Shown one piece after another: positions 61,105 through 64,000 of a stretch of 64,000 nucleotides of DNA (within the stretch, counting starts at the first letter, position 1; each line of letters starts with the position of its first letter). The position numbers and the translations under genes are program-made. This DNA is from Nitrososphaeraceae archaeon (GTDB taxonomy: Archaea > Thermoproteota > Nitrososphaeria > Nitrososphaerales > Nitrososphaeraceae). Where the stretch lies: assembly GCA_035297365.1 (NCBI GenBank), contig DATGZA010000075.1, forward strand, positions 46,249 through 110,248, in the 5' to 3' direction. Under the pieces are notes generated by a model. It was not told the origin of the DNA. It was given only the letters and a program-made list of their open reading frames with translations, and did no database searches.

Positions 61105-61860
61105 TCATGCAAGAGGTTTATATTCTCTAAGATAAATGTCGTTTTTGTAATCTATTGCAAGATTCTTCCAAGTCAATCTTCTATCAGTTAGAGGTACATT
61201 TGAACCACGAATAACAACTATAGGTATAGATTCGTCACTTTCTCCCATCATAAATGTTCCCATAGTTGCGAAGCAATCGGCAGAAGCCTTTAGAGTATAT
61301 TTGATTTTTTTACCCCAGAGATCTTTTTTTCCTCTTAAATCTTCAACGGGTTCTATTCCGGAACATCCAATAGCTACACCGATAGTGCCCACTCGTGTTG
61401 GCATCAACCTACTGTCTGAAATAATAACACCAATCTTCAATCCATGGTTTACAAGGAAGTGTGTTCTAATATTTTCAGCAGTAGTAAAAGGATCCTTTGG
61501 TAAGCATATTACATAATTTTCTGGAATATTAGATTTGTCTATACCTGCGTTCGGAGCTAAAATTCCATCTTTTATGGAAAGCAAAAATCCTGGTAATCCA
61601 CCAAATATAATATCCGATTCTCTGATTACCATTTCAACAAATCTAGGATCCATATAGTACTGCTTTGCAAGTTTCTTTGCCTCTTGACTAACTTTTACTG
61701 TTGAAAGATCAACTAGTGATCCTTCACTCATAGAAACAAATTTACTTGAAATAACTATAACATCTCCCTCTTTAAAAATAAAGTCGGTCGATTCAATAAC
61801 ATTTGGGAGGTCAAAAAGCGTTTTTTTAGTTTTAATCTTTAAAGCAAATATTTCGATCAA
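61105..61860 (-). CDS. cofE: Coenzyme F420-0:L-glutamate ligase
   Basis: ISSKFVSMSEG, NAGIDKSN, ISDS, GVAIG, DLRG..DL.G. Confidence 0.93.
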   Translation of the reverse strand: MIEIFALKIKTKKTLFDLPNVIESTDFIFKEGDVIVISSKFVSMSEGSLVDLSTVKVSQEAKKLAKQYYMDPRFVEMVIRESDIIFGGLPGFLLSIKDGILAPNAGIDKSNIPENYVICLPKDPFTTAENIRTHFLVNHGLKIGVIISDSRLMPTRVGTIGVAIGCSGIEPVEDLRGKKDLWGKKIKYTLKASADCFATMGTFMMGESDESIPIVVIRGSNVPLTDRRLTWKNLAIDYKNDIYLREYKPLA

Positions 61861-61953
61861 TTCAATATTTATGAAATAATTAATTTAGTTACATTTTTAT
61901 TTTTTTAGAAAGTATTGATTCTTAGAAACTGAAATTTTGGTTGAAAAAAGAAA

Positions 61954-63231
61954 ATGGGAATGAATATTACTGAAAAAATATTGGCCAGGGCATCAGGTAA
62001 ATCTATCGTTTCGCCTGATGATGTAGTAATAGCGAATATAGATAAGGTTATGATGCATGACGTTTCTGGCCCTGGTGTCATTAAAGTTTTCTCCGAATGG
62101 GAAAAGAGGGGTATTAAATTAGAACATGTGTGGGATCCGGATAAAGTATGGATCAGCGAAGATCACTTCGTTCCTGCATCAGATATAATATCTGCTAATA
62201 ATATTTCACTTTTATCTAACTGGTCGAAGAAATTCAATATTAAAAAACACTATAAATATGGTTTAGGTCAGTATGGGATCTGCCATACATTATCTCATGA
62301 AGAAGGTTTGATTTTGCCTGGTGAGGCATATGTTGGTGGCGATTCTCACACAAATACTTCGGGAGCTATCGGAGCGCTTGCTGTTGGATTAGGACATACA
62401 GATATTGCGTATGTTCTGATGAATGGAAAAATTTGGTTTAAAGTTCCTGAGACAATATTATTCAAACTCAGCGGAAAAAAACCAGAACATATTATGGCAA
62501 AGGACATTATTTTAAAAATTATTGGAGATATCGGAACTGATGGTGCCAATTACAAGACAATGCAATTTACAGGAGAGGTCGTTGAAAATTTGGTGATGGA
62601 GGAAAGACTAACACTTACAAATATGACAACAGAAGCAGGAGCTAAAAATGGGATAATTGAACCAGATAATACAACCTATGAATATTTAAGTTCTAGAACC
62701 ACCGAGGATTATTATCCTATATTGGGTGACCGTGATGCAGAATATTCTGAAATTTATGCATACGAAATTGAAAAATTAGAGCCTACCATTGCAAAGCCAT
62801 TCTCTCCTCAGAACATCACCGTCGCAAGAGAATTGCAAGGGATTGAATTGGATAAAGCATACATAGGATCTTGTACAGGAGCTAAATTGGAAGACCTTAG
62901 AATGGCTGCCAAAATCATGAAGGGAAAAAAGGTAAGAATTAGGACAGAGGTGCTTCCTGCAGCACAATCAATATACCTAAAAGCAGTAAATGAGGGATTG
63001 ATGAATATTTTCATAGAAGCTGGTGCGGTTGTTGGTCCGCCAACATGTGGAGCCTGTTGTGGTGCTCATATGGGAGTACTCGCAAAAGACGAGATATGTA
63101 TAAGTACAACTAACAGGAACTTTCCCGGAAGAATGGGTCATATCGAATCCAAGACATATTTAGCTTCACCTTTGGTGGTTGCAGCCTCAGCAATTAGTGG
63201 AAAAATAGTAGATCCAAGAGATGTGAAATAA
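61954..63231 (+). CDS. leuC: 3-isopropylmalate dehydratase/homoaconitase large subunit
   Basis: DH, GICH, DSHT, IGSCT, CGACCG, STTNRNFPGRMG. Confidence 0.9.
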   Translation: MGMNITEKILARASGKSIVSPDDVVIANIDKVMMHDVSGPGVIKVFSEWEKRGIKLEHVWDPDKVWISEDHFVPASDIISANNISLLSNWSKKFNIKKHYKYGLGQYGICHTLSHEEGLILPGEAYVGGDSHTNTSGAIGALAVGLGHTDIAYVLMNGKIWFKVPETILFKLSGKKPEHIMAKDIILKIIGDIGTDGANYKTMQFTGEVVENLVMEERLTLTNMTTEAGAKNGIIEPDNTTYEYLSSRTTEDYYPILGDRDAEYSEIYAYEIEKLEPTIAKPFSPQNITVARELQGIELDKAYIGSCTGAKLEDLRMAAKIMKGKKVRIRTEVLPAAQSIYLKAVNEGLMNIFIEAGAVVGPPTCGACCGAHMGVLAKDEICISTTNRNFPGRMGHIESKTYLASPLVVAASAISGKIVDPRDVK

Positions 63232-63236
63232 ACAAA

Positions 63237-63728
63237 ATGAAAATTTTGAAAGGAAAGGTACACAAATATGACAAGGACAACATAGACACGGACGTCATTA
63301 TTCCTGGTCCTTACCTTAAGATCCATGATCATAAAGAATTAGCAAAACATGCAATGGAAGGACTCGATCCTAATTTTTCAGACAAGATATCTGAAGGAGA
63401 TTTTCTTTTGACAGGCAAGAATTTTGGTTGCGGATCTAGCCGAGAACATGCTCCAATAGCATTACATGAAGTCGGGATAAGGGCAATTTTATCACCTTCC
63501 TTCGCAAGAATCTTTTATAGAAATGCAGTAGACGGTGGATATTTGTTGCCTATTGAAATAGATAAAGACATAGTTATAAAAATTTCTGATCAAGACATAT
63601 TGGAAATTGATCTAAAAGAAAATAAAATAACGAATTTGACTAAAAATGAGACATATTCTATAAAACCGTTCCCGGAATTAATTTCAAAAATAATAAATGC
63701 AGGCGGTTTACTCAACTTTAGAATTTAA
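63237..63728 (+). CDS. leuD: 3-isopropylmalate dehydratase/homoaconitase small subunit
   Basis: NIDTDVIIP, NFGCGSSREHA, SFARIFYRN. Confidence 0.9.
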   Translation: MKILKGKVHKYDKDNIDTDVIIPGPYLKIHDHKELAKHAMEGLDPNFSDKISEGDFLLTGKNFGCGSSREHAPIALHEVGIRAILSPSFARIFYRNAVDGGYLLPIEIDKDIVIKISDQDILEIDLKENKITNLTKNETYSIKPFPELISKIINAGGLLNFRI

Positions 63729-63921
63729 CAAATAATATATTTTTAAGATATTTAAAATCGATTGCTAATATTCTGGTAATAATAAAAAAAGTAACATAAA
63801 AAATACCATGTTATATTTTTTTTAGATATGCTGACTACTCGAATTGTTTAGATAAATAAAAAAATAGATATTGCTAGCTGTATTCGCTAGCCAAGTAGTC
63901 ATCATTATTTTATTAGGTATC

Positions 63922-64000
63922 TCAGTTTTTATCTTTACTATCTTTACCGTCTTTACCGTCTTTACCGTCTTTACCGTCTTTACCGTCTTTACCGTCTTTA
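63922..64000 (-). CDS. 3' end of a probable collagen-like (Gly-Lys-Asp)n protein, partial
   Basis: Minus strand reads KDGKDGKD...GKDSKDKN* with TGA at 63922-63924. Confidence 0.55.
   Translation of the reverse strand, partial: KDGKDGKDGKDGKDGKDGKDSKDKN
63932..64000. repeat. 9-bp tandem repeat (TCTTTACCG)n, at least 6 perfect copies, truncated by the window edge
   Basis: Units at 63941, 63950, 63959, 63968, 63977, 63986, a partial at 63995 and a degenerate unit at 63932. Confidence 0.97.

Noticed and set aside
326-63332. Many short antisense or alternate-frame ORFs inside well-supported genes (e.g. 326-577, 12576-13007, 24936-25379, 50401-50790, 60148-60462)
   Set aside because: Fully nested in conserved CDSs, no motifs; expected shadows of codon bias
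63932-64000. Terminal repeat as CRISPR or telomere-like sequence
   Set aside because: Spacerless 9-mer with a natural Gly-X-Y reading; the window edge is arbitrary

Overview
AT-rich, gene-dense chromosomal window from an ammonia-oxidising archaeon (Nitrososphaerota/Thaumarchaeota, probably a Nitrososphaerales soil-type lineage). The assignment rests on a eukaryote-like topoisomerase IB, F420 genes (cofG/H/E), archaeal translation and transcription genes and intron-containing tRNA. Most of the window is housekeeping: srp54, proS, aspS, sufSU and sufBD, a full tetrapyrrole operon (sirC-hemA-hemB-hemL-hemC-cobA-hemD), radA-rpl21e-rpo4-DUF655-ksgA-hemK and leuCD-like genes. Features the ORF track misses: four tRNAs (Tyr with two introns, one in the T-loop; Met; Glu; Gly), three box C/D guide sRNAs with closed K-turn stems, decayed IS5 and IS481 elements, a DUF929 pseudogene, a 54-aa conserved small ORF and a (Gly-Lys-Asp)n collagen-like repeat at the right edge. 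One sRNA has two guides matching 23S H69/H71; another has a guide antisense to the D-loop of the neighbouring tRNA-Glu. The most interesting items are an uncharacterised wHTH/coiled-coil + AAA+ ATPase operon (36.1-39.2 kb), a tRNA-splicing endonuclease subunit split at a T-TTA-AAA/A11 slippery site next to the tRNA-targeting sRNA, C54 T-loops in two tRNAs, and a divergent second HemB lacking the substrate-binding lid arginines. All family assignments come from motif recognition by eye; no searches were run.
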